Program-made: the position numbers and the translations under genes
Origin: an uncultured bacterium
GTDB lineage: Bacteria > Babelota > Babeliae > Babelales > RVW-14
DNA: 64,000 nt
NCBI GenBank assembly: GCA_963759805.1
Contig: CAVXAT010000002.1
Coordinates: 64,001 to 128,000, forward strand
Direction of reading: 5' to 3'
Notes under the pieces: model-generated
Seen by the model: only the letters and a program-made list of their open reading frames with translations
Databases searched by the model: none
Told to the model about the DNA's origin: nothing
Part shown: one piece after another, positions 18,506 to 28,717 of the stretch
Layout: each line of letters begins with the position of its first letter
How positions within the stretch are numbered: the first letter of the stretch is position 1

Positions 18506-19225
18506 TTATCTTCCCCCTGCCGCCAAAAGCACTTTCGTACACACTGCGCTCACTGCACATCCATCTCTACTTGCATTAAACAATAGGGTGTGGCCATATT
18601 CATCAGTAGCATTGGGGTTCAAACCATTATCCAAAAGAATCGTTGCTATTTTTTGAGGTGTTAAGGAATATTCAAGTTCTATGCATAATTTACACAATCT
18701 TGTAATCGCTTCTTTTAATCCACTGTATTTGTTTAGATCCAATTCTGAAATTGTTCGCCTAAAACTAGACGGCTGGATCTGGATGCTAATTGGTAGGCGC
18801 AAAGATTCAGCCTCACCAGGTGAAGCAGGCGCTACGGCCGGCATATCCACCTGTTGTAAATAATTATGAGCAACAGCTTCTGTATTTTTAATAAATCCAC
18901 TTAAAAAGCTATCCAACATCATTGGATATAGTTCACCCCGCATAAAGCTTTTCACCAAAACTTCTTCTGGGCGAAATCCATGAAGAAATTGCTTATACTG
19001 AGCAATATACGAGCGTCTAAGCTGATTTATATCTGACTTTTTGGCTTCAGATTCAGAATCTGCTTGAATTATTCCTTCGCATGCTGCCTTAAATTCGCTA
19101 CATAAAGCTTTATCTTTGTCAATCATGGCTTTGCCTGTTGCGTCGACCATACCAAAGCTATTGGTAAAAAACAGGCCACTAGCTATTGCAAGCGTAGCTA
19201 ATGATTTGTAAGAAAACATCTTCAT
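18506..19225 (-). CDS. Exported protein with a C-terminal ankyrin repeat
   Basis: Signal-like N-terminus; LLDNGLNPNATDEYGHTLLFNA...KVLLAAG. Confidence 0.7.
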   Translation of the reverse strand: MKMFSYKSLATLAIASGLFFTNSFGMVDATGKAMIDKDKALCSEFKAACEGIIQADSESEAKKSDINQLRRSYIAQYKQFLHGFRPEEVLVKSFMRGELYPMMLDSFLSGFIKNTEAVAHNYLQQVDMPAVAPASPGEAESLRLPISIQIQPSSFRRTISELDLNKYSGLKEAITRLCKLCIELEYSLTPQKIATILLDNGLNPNATDEYGHTLLFNASRDGCAVSAVCTKVLLAAGGR

Positions 19226-19442
19226 AAAATAAACCTTCTGTTAAAAAGTAAAAATATTAATGATAACTACTATCTTTAAACTTATAGACTAATTGAAAAT
19301 AATCAAGCGAATGAAAATTTGCGACAAAACCTTATTTTTCTCTTAAAATTTGCAAAATGGCCTAAAGATGTGGTATGAAATAGCCATAGCTTGGTCAAAA
19401 CTACCCCCATATTTAAACCATTTAATGTCAAAGGATACTCTC

Positions 19443-20789
19443 ATGCGCAGATTAATTGATTATCATCTTGCAGCTTGGAAAACAAATCCATACCGAAAAT
19501 CGCTTCTTTTACATGGTGCGCGTCAAGTAGGGAAAACATACGCCATACGCCAACTAGGAAAATCTTTTGATAATTTCATTGAGGTAAATTTTGAATCCCA
19601 ACCAAAATTGAAAACGCTATTTGAGCACGATCTTGACCCAAAACGAATCTTGCGTGACCTTTGCGCGGCTATCAATGTGCAGCAACCCGTAGCCGGAACA
19701 ACGCTTCTTTTTTTCGACGAAATTCAGTCTGTTCCGCAAGCCATAATCTCATTGCGATATTTTTACGAAGAAATGCCGGAACTGCATGTCGTAGCCGCCG
19801 GATCACTCTTGGATTTTTCTATTCAACAAGTTGGCGTACCCGTAGGGCGCGTTCAATCATTGTATATGCATCCCATGTCGTTTATTGAGTATCTTGCAGC
19901 ACTAGGACATAAAATGGCTGTCGATGCCATTTTTAATCACGATTATGATCAGGAGATGAGTACTGTAATTCACGACAAACTTATTGGTTTGTTCGCGCAG
20001 TACAATGCGCTTGGCGGAATGCCTCAGGTCGTTGATGTATGGCGTAATTCACAGGATCTGCTTCAATGCGCTGCGATCCATCAGTCCTTACTCAGTAGCT
20101 ATCGTCAAGACTTTTATAAATATGCAAAACAAAAGCAGGTCCAACATTTAAGTGCCATTTTTGATAATATTCCTCTTCAGTTAGGCAGAAAATTTAAGTA
20201 TAGCGAAATTGAAGGCGGCTACCGCTCACGCGAGTTATCTCCAGGTCTTGATCTGCTTTGTACAGCCGATATTGCACAAAAAGTCTGGTACACTGCTGGA
20301 CAAGGAATTCCTCTTGGAGCACAAAAACGTCTTGATGATTTTAAGGTCATTTTGCTGGACGTGGGATTGAGCCAGGCAATCTTAGGATTACAACTTGGTG
20401 ATTGGTTGCTGCAACCTACTACAAATTTTGTTAATAAAGGCGAACATGTTGAAGCCCTTATTGGTCAAGAATTGCTGGCATATAACGATTCAATATATGA
20501 TACCGAACTTTATTATTGGCATCGGCACAAAGTCGGAGGTGAGGCAGAAATTGATTACCTTATACAAGAAAATGAATTTATAATACCAATCGAGGTCAAA
20601 AGTGGCAAGGGTACAACGCTAAAAAGCATGCATGTATTTCTTGAAAATCACCCACAATCTCCATACGGTCTTAGATTCTCAACTCAAAATTATTCGGTTT
20701 ACCAGAATATCCGGTCTTTGCCACTTTATGCTGTTGCAAGCGCTTTTTTGTCCAAGCAACGAGCTGCGTTTGAGTCTTTACAATCTTGA
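19443..20789 (+). CDS. AAA+ ATPase (AAA_14) with DUF4143 domain
   Basis: GARQVGKT, FFDEIQ, AAGSLL, GGMP and EIDY...IPIEVKSG. Confidence 0.9.
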   Translation: MRRLIDYHLAAWKTNPYRKSLLLHGARQVGKTYAIRQLGKSFDNFIEVNFESQPKLKTLFEHDLDPKRILRDLCAAINVQQPVAGTTLLFFDEIQSVPQAIISLRYFYEEMPELHVVAAGSLLDFSIQQVGVPVGRVQSLYMHPMSFIEYLAALGHKMAVDAIFNHDYDQEMSTVIHDKLIGLFAQYNALGGMPQVVDVWRNSQDLLQCAAIHQSLLSSYRQDFYKYAKQKQVQHLSAIFDNIPLQLGRKFKYSEIEGGYRSRELSPGLDLLCTADIAQKVWYTAGQGIPLGAQKRLDDFKVILLDVGLSQAILGLQLGDWLLQPTTNFVNKGEHVEALIGQELLAYNDSIYDTELYYWHRHKVGGEAEIDYLIQENEFIIPIEVKSGKGTTLKSMHVFLENHPQSPYGLRFSTQNYSVYQNIRSLPLYAVASAFLSKQRAAFESLQS

Positions 20790-20816
20790 ACCGTTGATAG
20801 TGCGCTCGTCGTAGGC

Positions 20817-21518
20817 CTAATCACTAACTTGTAATTGAATCTGAAGGGGCTGTTCTAGCGAAACGATTGATCCGGAAATTGGTCGCTGGTCAATTACGTG
20901 GCAGTTGCCACAATTATGCTCTTCAGAGACACTGTGTGAATGTACAATTTCGGGCGCTACGTCATTTGAGCGTAAAAAATCTTTTACCTGTTCAACCAAA
21001 AAACCCTTAAAATTTGGAATAATAAAAAGAGGATAGCCTCCCATTGAAATGCATGTAACCATGCGCTTGCGAATAAGCTGCGCGCCTGGGCATGGATATT
21101 GAGCAACGCAGGTATTTCGCGGAGATGAGCAAAAAATATCTACATTAGAAACATCTATCTCGCTTCTACCTGAGCGGGTTTGAATATCTTTGGTGTTGCA
21201 CCCAAGAAAATCGGGCGCCTCGAGTAATGAAGGTTTTTTTGACACAGTTACGAAAACATTCTGATTTTGTCTAATTTTATTACCTGATTTGGGAATCTGG
21301 TCAAGAACTATCCCCTCCGGCATCGATACATCCTCCTGCTCGCGCATTAAGCGTATCCCTAGCCGCTGTTTGGACAGAATTGCAACACTTTCCTGCAACG
21401 ACCGACCAATAACATTGGGGGTTATGGTGGTCTCTTTTTGCATAAAAAGATAGGTACCCATGTACCCTAAAACAAATCCTATGAACGGTAATATCCAAAT
21501 TATTTTAATTTTTTTCAT
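20817..21518 (-). CDS. PASTA domain-containing membrane-anchored protein
   Basis: N-terminal TM; TPNVIGRSLQE...GIVLDQIP, APDFLG and IPNFKG PASTA-like repeats. Confidence 0.8.
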   Translation of the reverse strand: MKKIKIIWILPFIGFVLGYMGTYLFMQKETTITPNVIGRSLQESVAILSKQRLGIRLMREQEDVSMPEGIVLDQIPKSGNKIRQNQNVFVTVSKKPSLLEAPDFLGCNTKDIQTRSGRSEIDVSNVDIFCSSPRNTCVAQYPCPGAQLIRKRMVTCISMGGYPLFIIPNFKGFLVEQVKDFLRSNDVAPEIVHSHSVSEEHNCGNCHVIDQRPISGSIVSLEQPLQIQLQVSD

Positions 21519-21542
21519 GTTTGTTGAAAACTCTGGGGCAAT

Positions 21543-21960
21543 CCTTTTGGGCGACTTGTAAGCTGGATTCTGTAATTGAATATTACTTCAATCGACAACC
21601 ATTTATCTATGCGACATACCCGCGAGTATAAGGAACAGGTGACCAACTCGCTTACTTTGTCTTGCTCCGGATGGGGTTTTCCCACCAACCGCATTACTGC
21701 AGCTGTGCGTGCGCTCTTACCACACGGTTTCACCCTTACCCAGGATATGATACCCCGGGCGGTATATTTTCTGTGGCACTTTCCATGGGCTTACGCCCCC
21801 CTTATTTGTATAACCCCCGATTTTACTCAGTTGTCATCTTATAAGGCATCCAACCTGCTAGGAGTCCAGACTTTCCTCTCTTTACTGATTTAAACGGGCC
21901 CGATTCAAACGGAATCGTTTAAATACCGGTAAAAAGCGATTGCCCCGTACACCCAAAAGA
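21543..21960 (-). ncRNA. rnpB: RNase P RNA (bacterial)
   Basis: The minus strand has GAGGAAAGTCTGGACTCC, GGAAAGTGCCACAGAAA, GGTGAAACCG..GGTAAGAGC, AAACCCC..GGAGCAAG and ACAGAATCCAGCTTA; the P1 arms TTTTGGGTG and CGCCCAAAA pair. Ends are approximate. Confidence 0.93.
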
Positions 21961-22409
21961 ATTACTTTTGTTATTATTATATTAATAAAAATTTCAAAAA
22001 GAAAGTCAGCATTAAAAAATGGCTTATTAAGCAGCATTTTTCCAATCAAAAGATGATCAAAAAAGAGAATTCCTACGATTAATAGATAACAGACATACTC
22101 CTGCTTAGCATCAATTACCTCCCGTAGGTATGACATCAAAACTATGACAGGAATCAAAAAAAGAAGAATTAAACCGAATCTACCATTCAGAAAACAGTCC
22201 TGTAAAAGCAGCAAAATTATGGGAAAATAACAAAATTTAAACGATGCTTCAAAGCGATCCTGCTTTAGAGAATGAACAATAAAATAGATAAGTAAACTGT
22301 TCAGATACCACCCATTCCAAAAGGAGAATGCCACAAAATCCAGAAAAAAGAATACTAGTGCTATCATTTTTACCCAAAGATCATTTCTGCCCAAACTGTA
22401 CTGATTCAC
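21882..22409 (-). CDS. Hydrophobic membrane protein, possibly MreD-like
   Basis: 175 aa with about 5 TM segments and an LLQDCF..G..G pattern; the 3' end overlaps rnpB. Confidence 0.5.
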   Translation of the reverse strand: MNQYSLGRNDLWVKMIALVFFFLDFVAFSFWNGWYLNSLLIYFIVHSLKQDRFEASFKFCYFPIILLLLQDCFLNGRFGLILLFLIPVIVLMSYLREVIDAKQEYVCYLLIVGILFFDHLLIGKMLLNKPFFNADFLFEIFINIIITKVILLGVRGNRFLPVFKRFRLNRARLNQ

Positions 22410-23358
22410 CGACTTTTAACAAATTTAAACTCTTACCGTCAAGCCTATCCGCACACTTTTCCCACGATCTCAACAACCCCTGCGCAGGAGCCGAGAAACT
22501 CTCGTATGCCGATTTAAAAGTTCCCCAGTGCATGGGAATAAAACATTTCGCATTCAGGTCTAAAAAACCCTTTATGGCTTCCATCGGACAAGTGTGCGCC
22601 TCGCTAATTAATTTACGAGGTTGAATTGGACCAATCGGCATCAATGCTATATCTATCCCCTGAAAAATTTTGCCTATTTTTTCAAAATGGTCAGCATATG
22701 CCGTGTCCCCAGCAAAATAAACTTTAAACCCTGAACACTCAATCATCCAACTACCCCACATAGTCCTATTAATATCATGAATACCCCGGCTGGTCCAGTG
22801 TACAGCCGGCAGGAATGTAAATTTTAAATTATCCCCAAAAACCTGCTCCTCCCACCATCTTTTTTCAATCACATTCTTAACGCCGCGTTGTTCAAGCCAT
22901 TTTTTGTTTCCATGAGGAACTAAAATTGTTGGTTGAAATTTAGCATTAAGAGCTTTAACACTTCTTAAATCCATATGATCAAGATGATTATGCGAGATTA
23001 TAACAAAATCAATTTTAGGAAGTTGATCAATCGTAAGTCCAGGCTTTAAAACCCGCGGTGCAAAAAACGAAAGATTAAAAAACACAGGATCAGTAATAAT
23101 ATTAATTCCGCCAACTTGAATCAAAAACGTAGAATGCCCAATCCATGTAACCATCGGATTATGACTTCGCTCCAGCACGTTTGCAACTTTAATCCAATTT
23201 TCAGGAGTAATTTGAACATCGCAAGCATATTTTTTTCTCACAGCCTTGCGAGCAATTTTCCCTGCAAAGCATCTTGCAGCCCTGAAAAGCCGTAAACCTA
23301 TCGAATCCCTATTGTGATTATAAAAACGTCCAATCCAGATATACGGCTTATTTTTCAT
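22381..23358 (-). CDS. MBL-fold metallo-hydrolase (NAPE-PLD/RomA-like)
   Basis: TWIGHST, ISHNHLDHMD, FAGDT and PMHWGTF. Confidence 0.9.
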   Translation of the reverse strand: MKNKPYIWIGRFYNHNRDSIGLRLFRAARCFAGKIARKAVRKKYACDVQITPENWIKVANVLERSHNPMVTWIGHSTFLIQVGGINIITDPVFFNLSFFAPRVLKPGLTIDQLPKIDFVIISHNHLDHMDLRSVKALNAKFQPTILVPHGNKKWLEQRGVKNVIEKRWWEEQVFGDNLKFTFLPAVHWTSRGIHDINRTMWGSWMIECSGFKVYFAGDTAYADHFEKIGKIFQGIDIALMPIGPIQPRKLISEAHTCPMEAIKGFLDLNAKCFIPMHWGTFKSAYESFSAPAQGLLRSWEKCADRLDGKSLNLLKVGESVQFGQK

Positions 23359-23384
23359 AGTTAATCCCGATTAATCCCGCCGAT

Positions 23385-24647
23385 TTAAGAACAGATCACT
23401 GCGCAACCCAAGCAGATATCACCATCATAAAAGACGGCAAACTGCCCCGGCGCAATGCCCTGATCATTGCCCTCGATTTTTACGACGCCAGTAGTTGGGC
23501 CATTATCTCTCTTCTGGCACTCGCATCCTTCGACAGGCTCCAGCCGTCGCTCTTGGAGAGCTATGGCCGGCACGGCAGGACGAGCGCCATTAAGTAGGCG
23601 CGCTCGTGGTGAGCTTGTCGAACCATCACCCTGTGACGCGCCGGGTTTCATATTATCTGGGCCCAAAAGATCAAGCGTAGCTTTATACAAGCTTTCACCA
23701 TGCCTGATCTTAACTTGCAGATCGCGTTTTTCAGGCGCATGCTGCGCAATCCAGTTAAAATCACATACAGTAAACGTGTCTCTTGATTTATCTTCTGAGT
23801 AATAATTTTTTGAAATATAAACGATATTTTTAACCGTATCTTTTTTAACAACATACCACGGGCCGCCTGAAAGGCCTATCCCCTTGCGTTGGCCAACTGT
23901 GTAATACCAGAAACCCTCATGTTTTCCAACCACCTTGCCCGTCTCAAACTCAATCAAGTCCCCCTCACGCTCCTTCAGGTGATGTTTTATAAAATCACTG
24001 AATTTAATTTTGCCAAGAAAGCATATTCCTTGGCTGTCTTTGCGATATTTGGTCGGAAGATCAAATTTTTCAGCCAATGCTCTTACTTCGGATTTTAAAA
24101 GATGACCAATTGGGAAAAGGGCTCGGGACAACTGTTTTTGACTCAAACGTGCTAGAAAGTATGTCTGATCTTTAACCGGATCTTTGGCTTTTTTTAAAAC
24201 AAACAGGTCTTCGACCGGACCAGCTTCGCCTTGCCCATTGGCTTTAATCTTCTCGACTTGGGCATAATGCCCTGATGCAACTTTTTCAAATACCCCTGGC
24301 CTTAAACTGTCGATTTTGTCGTAGAAACATCCGAATTTAATGAACTGATTGCATAAAACGTCCGGGCTTGGCGTCCGTCCTGCCTGAATCTCTTTGATTG
24401 TGTATGCAACAATTTTATCATGATACTCCTGCTGCATGGGTATGATCTCAAGCGGAACTTGCAGTTTTTCACAAACTTTTTGAGCATAGTCCAAATCTTC
24501 CTGCCAAGGACAATTTCCAAGGTAAGAGAGCTCATCTTCAAGCCAAATCTTTAAGTAAAAGGCGGTCAGATCATGCCCCTGCTCTTTGAGCAACTGTAGG
24601 GCAACCGAACTATCAACCCCTCCGGAAAGTAAAACAGCTATTTTCAT
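23385..24647 (-). CDS. mnmA: tRNA-specific 2-thiouridylase with an in-frame palindromic insert
   Basis: SGGVDS, TPSPDVLCN, KDQTYFL, DSQGICF, YTVGQRKG and IAPGQFAVFY. Confidence 0.95.
   Translation of the reverse strand: MKIAVLLSGGVDSSVALQLLKEQGHDLTAFYLKIWLEDELSYLGNCPWQEDLDYAQKVCEKLQVPLEIIPMQQEYHDKIVAYTIKEIQAGRTPSPDVLCNQFIKFGCFYDKIDSLRPGVFEKVASGHYAQVEKIKANGQGEAGPVEDLFVLKKAKDPVKDQTYFLARLSQKQLSRALFPIGHLLKSEVRALAEKFDLPTKYRKDSQGICFLGKIKFSDFIKHHLKEREGDLIEFETGKVVGKHEGFWYYTVGQRKGIGLSGGPWYVVKKDTVKNIVYISKNYYSEDKSRDTFTVCDFNWIAQHAPEKRDLQVKIRHGESLYKATLDLLGPDNMKPGASQGDGSTSSPRARLLNGARPAVPAIALQERRLEPVEGCECQKRDNGPTTGVVKIEGNDQGIAPGQFAVFYDGDICLGCAVICS
23525..23626. repeat. REP/RPE-like palindromic element with a nested 36-bp module, inside mnmA
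   Basis: Left arm ATCCTTCGACAGGCTC|AGGACGAGCG and right arm CGCTCGTGGTGAGCTTGTCGAACCAT are imperfect inverted repeats; the left arm is split by a 36-bp insert at 23541-23576. Confidence 0.85.
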
Positions 24648-24765
24648 TTTGATATCAAAAAACACTAAAATTAACCGAATAAACCAATATTTTGCATATC
24701 TAAAATTATTGAATTAAATTGATTTTGTAAAGGCCAAAGCCTAAATTAAACAAATGGGGGAATAC

Positions 24766-26001
24766 ATGAATCTTAAAAACTACTATTCGATACTTATATT
24801 TTTGATTTTTGCGGGATGCGGCAATTCAAGTAACCACTTGACCGGCAATCAGATGACCGGACTTCGTACGCAAGCACAAATCTTTACACAAGCACAAAAC
24901 AACACTAAACAAGTACAAAACAAAACTCAAAGCGACAAATACACTTTGATAGTTTTTGTGCATGGCACAATTCTTCCACTTCCATCACCCAGCTGCTTGT
25001 TCTCTTCATTAAACGATCGTTTCGAAAAAAGGCAACCTGAAGAGCCAAGAGGAAAAAAGTCATGGTCTGATTACTATTATAACGAGTTAAGATATAAAAC
25101 TTTCGTTAAATGCCAACCAATTGCAAATTTAGGACTTGAGGACATAAACAAGTTATCCGTTAAAGATACCAAAAAATACCCATACACAAAGTTATCAGCA
25201 GACTTATATAACAACAGTTATAGCTTTGCAAATCAAAACAAACACTCAAATCTACATTTTTATACATTCGGGTGGGATGGCAGATTGAGGCAGAAAAGTC
25301 GAATTCATAGCGCAAAACTTTTATATAAGAGTCTCCTGACCGAAATAAATAGCCTAAAAAACAGATTTAAATTATCTGATCAAGATCTGGAACTAATTTT
25401 GGTTGGGCATAGCCACGGCGGTAACGTGTTGCTAAATCTTGCCCAAGCAGAAGCAGAATTCAAAAATAACCTAATAATCAACAAATTGATTTTGCTCGGG
25501 ACACCTGTTCAAAGTGAGACAGCAGAATTTATTAATCACATGATGTTTAAAAAAATTTACAGCTTCTACTCAACCAATGATATAGTCCAAATTATGGACA
25601 TCTTATCAACCCAAGATGATATCTCAAAAAGACGTTATAAAAACACTGATAAAAAATCAAAACTCGTACAGGTTGAGCTTGAAATTGGCAACAAAAGACC
25701 TTTGCACAACGAACTTTGGATGTTTGGCGACAAATCCAACATTCTTTACAGAAGCAAACTAGCAATTAATCCGTTACCTGCCTTTGTTTTCTTACCAATT
25801 ATAATAAACGAAATCGAAAATAAGCATCCTGGAGCCAACGAGCTACTGGCACATATTGATAAAGATAAAAATAAACAGTGCTTTACCGTAAAACTAAAAA
25901 ATAAAGTAAATAATCAAGACCAAACGATAACATCAATGCCTGCCAAAATTATGGCATTTAATAACCTTAATCCAGATAAGAAAAAAAAAAAACAGCTTTA
26001 A
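24766..26001 (+). CDS. Putative lipoprotein, alpha/beta hydrolase fold
   Basis: Lipobox-like IFAGC; FVHGT, FGWDG, GHSHGG nucleophile elbow and LLGTP. Confidence 0.7.
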   Translation: MNLKNYYSILIFLIFAGCGNSSNHLTGNQMTGLRTQAQIFTQAQNNTKQVQNKTQSDKYTLIVFVHGTILPLPSPSCLFSSLNDRFEKRQPEEPRGKKSWSDYYYNELRYKTFVKCQPIANLGLEDINKLSVKDTKKYPYTKLSADLYNNSYSFANQNKHSNLHFYTFGWDGRLRQKSRIHSAKLLYKSLLTEINSLKNRFKLSDQDLELILVGHSHGGNVLLNLAQAEAEFKNNLIINKLILLGTPVQSETAEFINHMMFKKIYSFYSTNDIVQIMDILSTQDDISKRRYKNTDKKSKLVQVELEIGNKRPLHNELWMFGDKSNILYRSKLAINPLPAFVFLPIIINEIENKHPGANELLAHIDKDKNKQCFTVKLKNKVNNQDQTITSMPAKIMAFNNLNPDKKKKKQL

Positions 26002-26123
26002 AACTCCAAACACCGCAACTTTGTTAAACTATTTGGGTTGAGAAAATATTTATGTTAAATTAAACCATCTATTTTCAAAAGTATCTATATTTTGTATTGA
26101 AAATTAAAAAATTGGGATAATTA

Positions 26124-28661
26124 ATGATTGCACAAATTCTTGCCAAAGTTTTTGGCACACAAAACGAACGTGAATTAAAAAAAATACGCCCGGTTGTTGA
26201 GCGTATCAACGCGCTTGAACCCGAAATTTCACAACTGACGGATGAACAGTTAACATTAAAAACAAATGAGTTCAGACAGAGAATTTCGCAGGGCGAAACT
26301 CTTGATTCAATTCTGCCTGAAGCATTTGCAACCGTAAGAGAAACAAGCAAGCGATTACGAGGGGAACGTCATTTTGATGTTCAGATGATTGGTGGCATTG
26401 TTTTGCACCAGGGTAAAATTGCAGAAATGAAGACGGGTGAAGGAAAAACGCTTGTTGCCACTCTCCCCCTCTACCTCAACGCTCTTGAAGGTAAAGGCGC
26501 CCATCTTGTTACCGTTAACGATTATCTGGCAAAATATCACTCCGAAATAATGGGCGTAATTTACAAACACCTGGGACTTGAGGTTGGCGTTATTCAAAAC
26601 TACATGAACGATGAAGAGAGACAGAAGGCTTACGGTGCCGATATAACATACGGAACAAACAACGAGTTTGGTTTTGACTATCTTCGTGACAACATGAAAT
26701 TCGATTTAAGCGAACTTGTACAACGAAAGCTAAATTTTGCAATCGTTGACGAGGTTGACTCGATATTAATCGACGAAGCGCGAACTCCACTCATAATATC
26801 CGGACCTGCAGAAAAGGGCAGCAATCTATACAAAGAAGCCGATAATGCTATTTTGAAATTACGTCGAGAGGATTATGATATCGATGAAAAAGAACGCTCG
26901 GTACATTTGGGAGAAAGCGGCGTTGATAAGATCGAAGAGATATTTCATATAAAAAATTTATATGCCCCCGAAAATATTCTCACACTCCATCACGTGACAC
27001 AAGCACTGCGAGCACACACATTATTTAAAATTGACGTAGATTACGTTGTTCGTGAAAGTGAAGTATTAATCGTTGATGAATTCACAGGCCGAATTCTACC
27101 CGGACGTCGTTACAGTGACGGACTTCACCAGGCACTTGAGGCCAAAGAGAATGTCAAAGTCGAACGAGAAAATCAAACCCTTGCAACAATTACATTACAA
27201 AATTACTTTAGGCTTTATGGCAAACTGGCAGGTATGACCGGTACGGCAGAAACCGAGGCCGCAGAGTTCTGGAAAATTTATAAATTGGCAGTTGTTGTAA
27301 TTCCCACAAACAAACCAATGATCCGGTTGGATCAACCCGACATCATTTTTTTAACCAGAAATGATAAATATAATGCTGTAATTGATGATATAAAAAATTG
27401 TTACAAACGAGGGCAACCGGTTCTTATCGGTACAATTTCAATTGAAACCTCCGAACTTTTGAGCTATAAACTTGCCCAAGCTGGCATTCCACACAACGTT
27501 TTAAATGCAAAGCAACACGCACGAGAAGCAGAGATTGTTAAAGAGGCAGGCGAAAAATACAAACTCACAATAGCAACAAACATGGCCGGTCGTGGTACCG
27601 ATATTAAACTTGGAGATGGAGTTCGCGAGCTGGGCGGACTACGAATCATAGGCACTGAACGGCATGAAAGTCGCCGAATTGATAATCAATTACGAGGCCG
27701 ATCCGGACGTCAGGGCGACATGGGATCATCAAAGTTTTATATCTCACTTGAAGATGATTTAATGCGTATTTTCGGCGGTGAACGCTTGAAAAAAACAATG
27801 GAACGCATTGGAATGAAAGAGGGAGAGAGCATTGAGCACCGTATGGTCTCGCGCAGCATAGAAAAGGCTCAAGAGAAAGTTGAAAAACATAACTTTGACA
27901 TTCGTAAACATCTGATTGAGTACGACGATGTGATGAATCAACAACGTAATGTTATTTATCAATATCGCCGAAGCATTCTTGACGGTGGAGATAATTCAAT
28001 TGGCTTGATAAAAGACATGATCGCCGACGTTGTTCATGGACTTTTTGAAATTCATTGCCCAAACAATGTTTACTCGGAAGAAAACAGGCGCGAACTTTTT
28101 GATGCCATTGAGAAGCTTACAGGAATTAAACCGGAGATTTTTGAATCGGTAGAGTTCAAACAAAGAACCAGCGGCACTCTGGAAGAGGGAGTTTGCGAAT
28201 TTTTAATTTATCTGTATGAACAGTTCAGAAAAACCATTCCTGTGGACTTTGTTGATAAAGCAGAGAAGTGGATACTTCTCGAGACTATCGATCATGCATG
28301 GAAACAGCATCTTTTAAATATTGATCATTTAAAAGAAGGCATTGGCCTACGTGGTTATGGTCAAAAGAATCCGCTTATCGAATACAAAAGAGAGTCATTT
28401 ACTGCATTTCAGATGATGATCGGGGAAATCAAGTGGGATATCGCTCAACGCATATTTAGAATGAAGCCTGATGATTCAACAGTTGAGATGATTGAGGAAA
28501 TAGAAGAAGAAAAAGAAAAAGAACTTGACTCGTTGCAGCTGGGAGGAGCTAGTGAGGTCTCCAAACCACAGCCAACTAAACGCGCCACGCCAAAAATTGG
28601 GCGTAATGAACCTTGTCCATGTGGATCCGGTAAGAAATTCAAGCACTGCTGCGGAAAGTAG
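26124..28661 (+). CDS. secA: Preprotein translocase ATPase SecA
   Basis: [33 protein letters not shown] and a C-terminal [19 protein letters not shown]. Confidence 0.98.
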   Translation: MIAQILAKVFGTQNERELKKIRPVVERINALEPEISQLTDEQLTLKTNEFRQRISQGETLDSILPEAFATVRETSKRLRGERHFDVQMIGGIVLHQGKIAEMKTGEGKTLVATLPLYLNALEGKGAHLVTVNDYLAKYHSEIMGVIYKHLGLEVGVIQNYMNDEERQKAYGADITYGTNNEFGFDYLRDNMKFDLSELVQRKLNFAIVDEVDSILIDEARTPLIISGPAEKGSNLYKEADNAILKLRREDYDIDEKERSVHLGESGVDKIEEIFHIKNLYAPENILTLHHVTQALRAHTLFKIDVDYVVRESEVLIVDEFTGRILPGRRYSDGLHQALEAKENVKVERENQTLATITLQNYFRLYGKLAGMTGTAETEAAEFWKIYKLAVVVIPTNKPMIRLDQPDIIFLTRNDKYNAVIDDIKNCYKRGQPVLIGTISIETSELLSYKLAQAGIPHNVLNAKQHAREAEIVKEAGEKYKLTIATNMAGRGTDIKLGDGVRELGGLRIIGTERHESRRIDNQLRGRSGRQGDMGSSKFYISLEDDLMRIFGGERLKKTMERIGMKEGESIEHRMVSRSIEKAQEKVEKHNFDIRKHLIEYDDVMNQQRNVIYQYRRSILDGGDNSIGLIKDMIADVVHGLFEIHCPNNVYSEENRRELFDAIEKLTGIKPEIFESVEFKQRTSGTLEEGVCEFLIYLYEQFRKTIPVDFVDKAEKWILLETIDHAWKQHLLNIDHLKEGIGLRGYGQKNPLIEYKRESFTAFQMMIGEIKWDIAQRIFRMKPDDSTVEMIEEIEEEKEKELDSLQLGGASEVSKPQPTKRATPKIGRNEPCPCGSGKKFKHCCGK

Positions 28662-28717
28662 AATACTTAAGAAATTATTTCAAAACCCGTTTACGCAAAT
28701 TAATTGACGAATCTCTC

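Noticed and set aside
21515..21893. Short ORFs 21515..21733, 21576..21893 and 21662..21844
   Set aside because: They lie within the RNase P RNA gene and are spurious translations.
26124..28661. secA and lepB lying near the signal-peptide-rich glycan locus as a dedicated accessory secretion system
   Set aside because: SecA looks like the canonical full-length housekeeping copy with a zinc-binding tail; no secY2 or asp genes are present, so proximity is probably coincidental.
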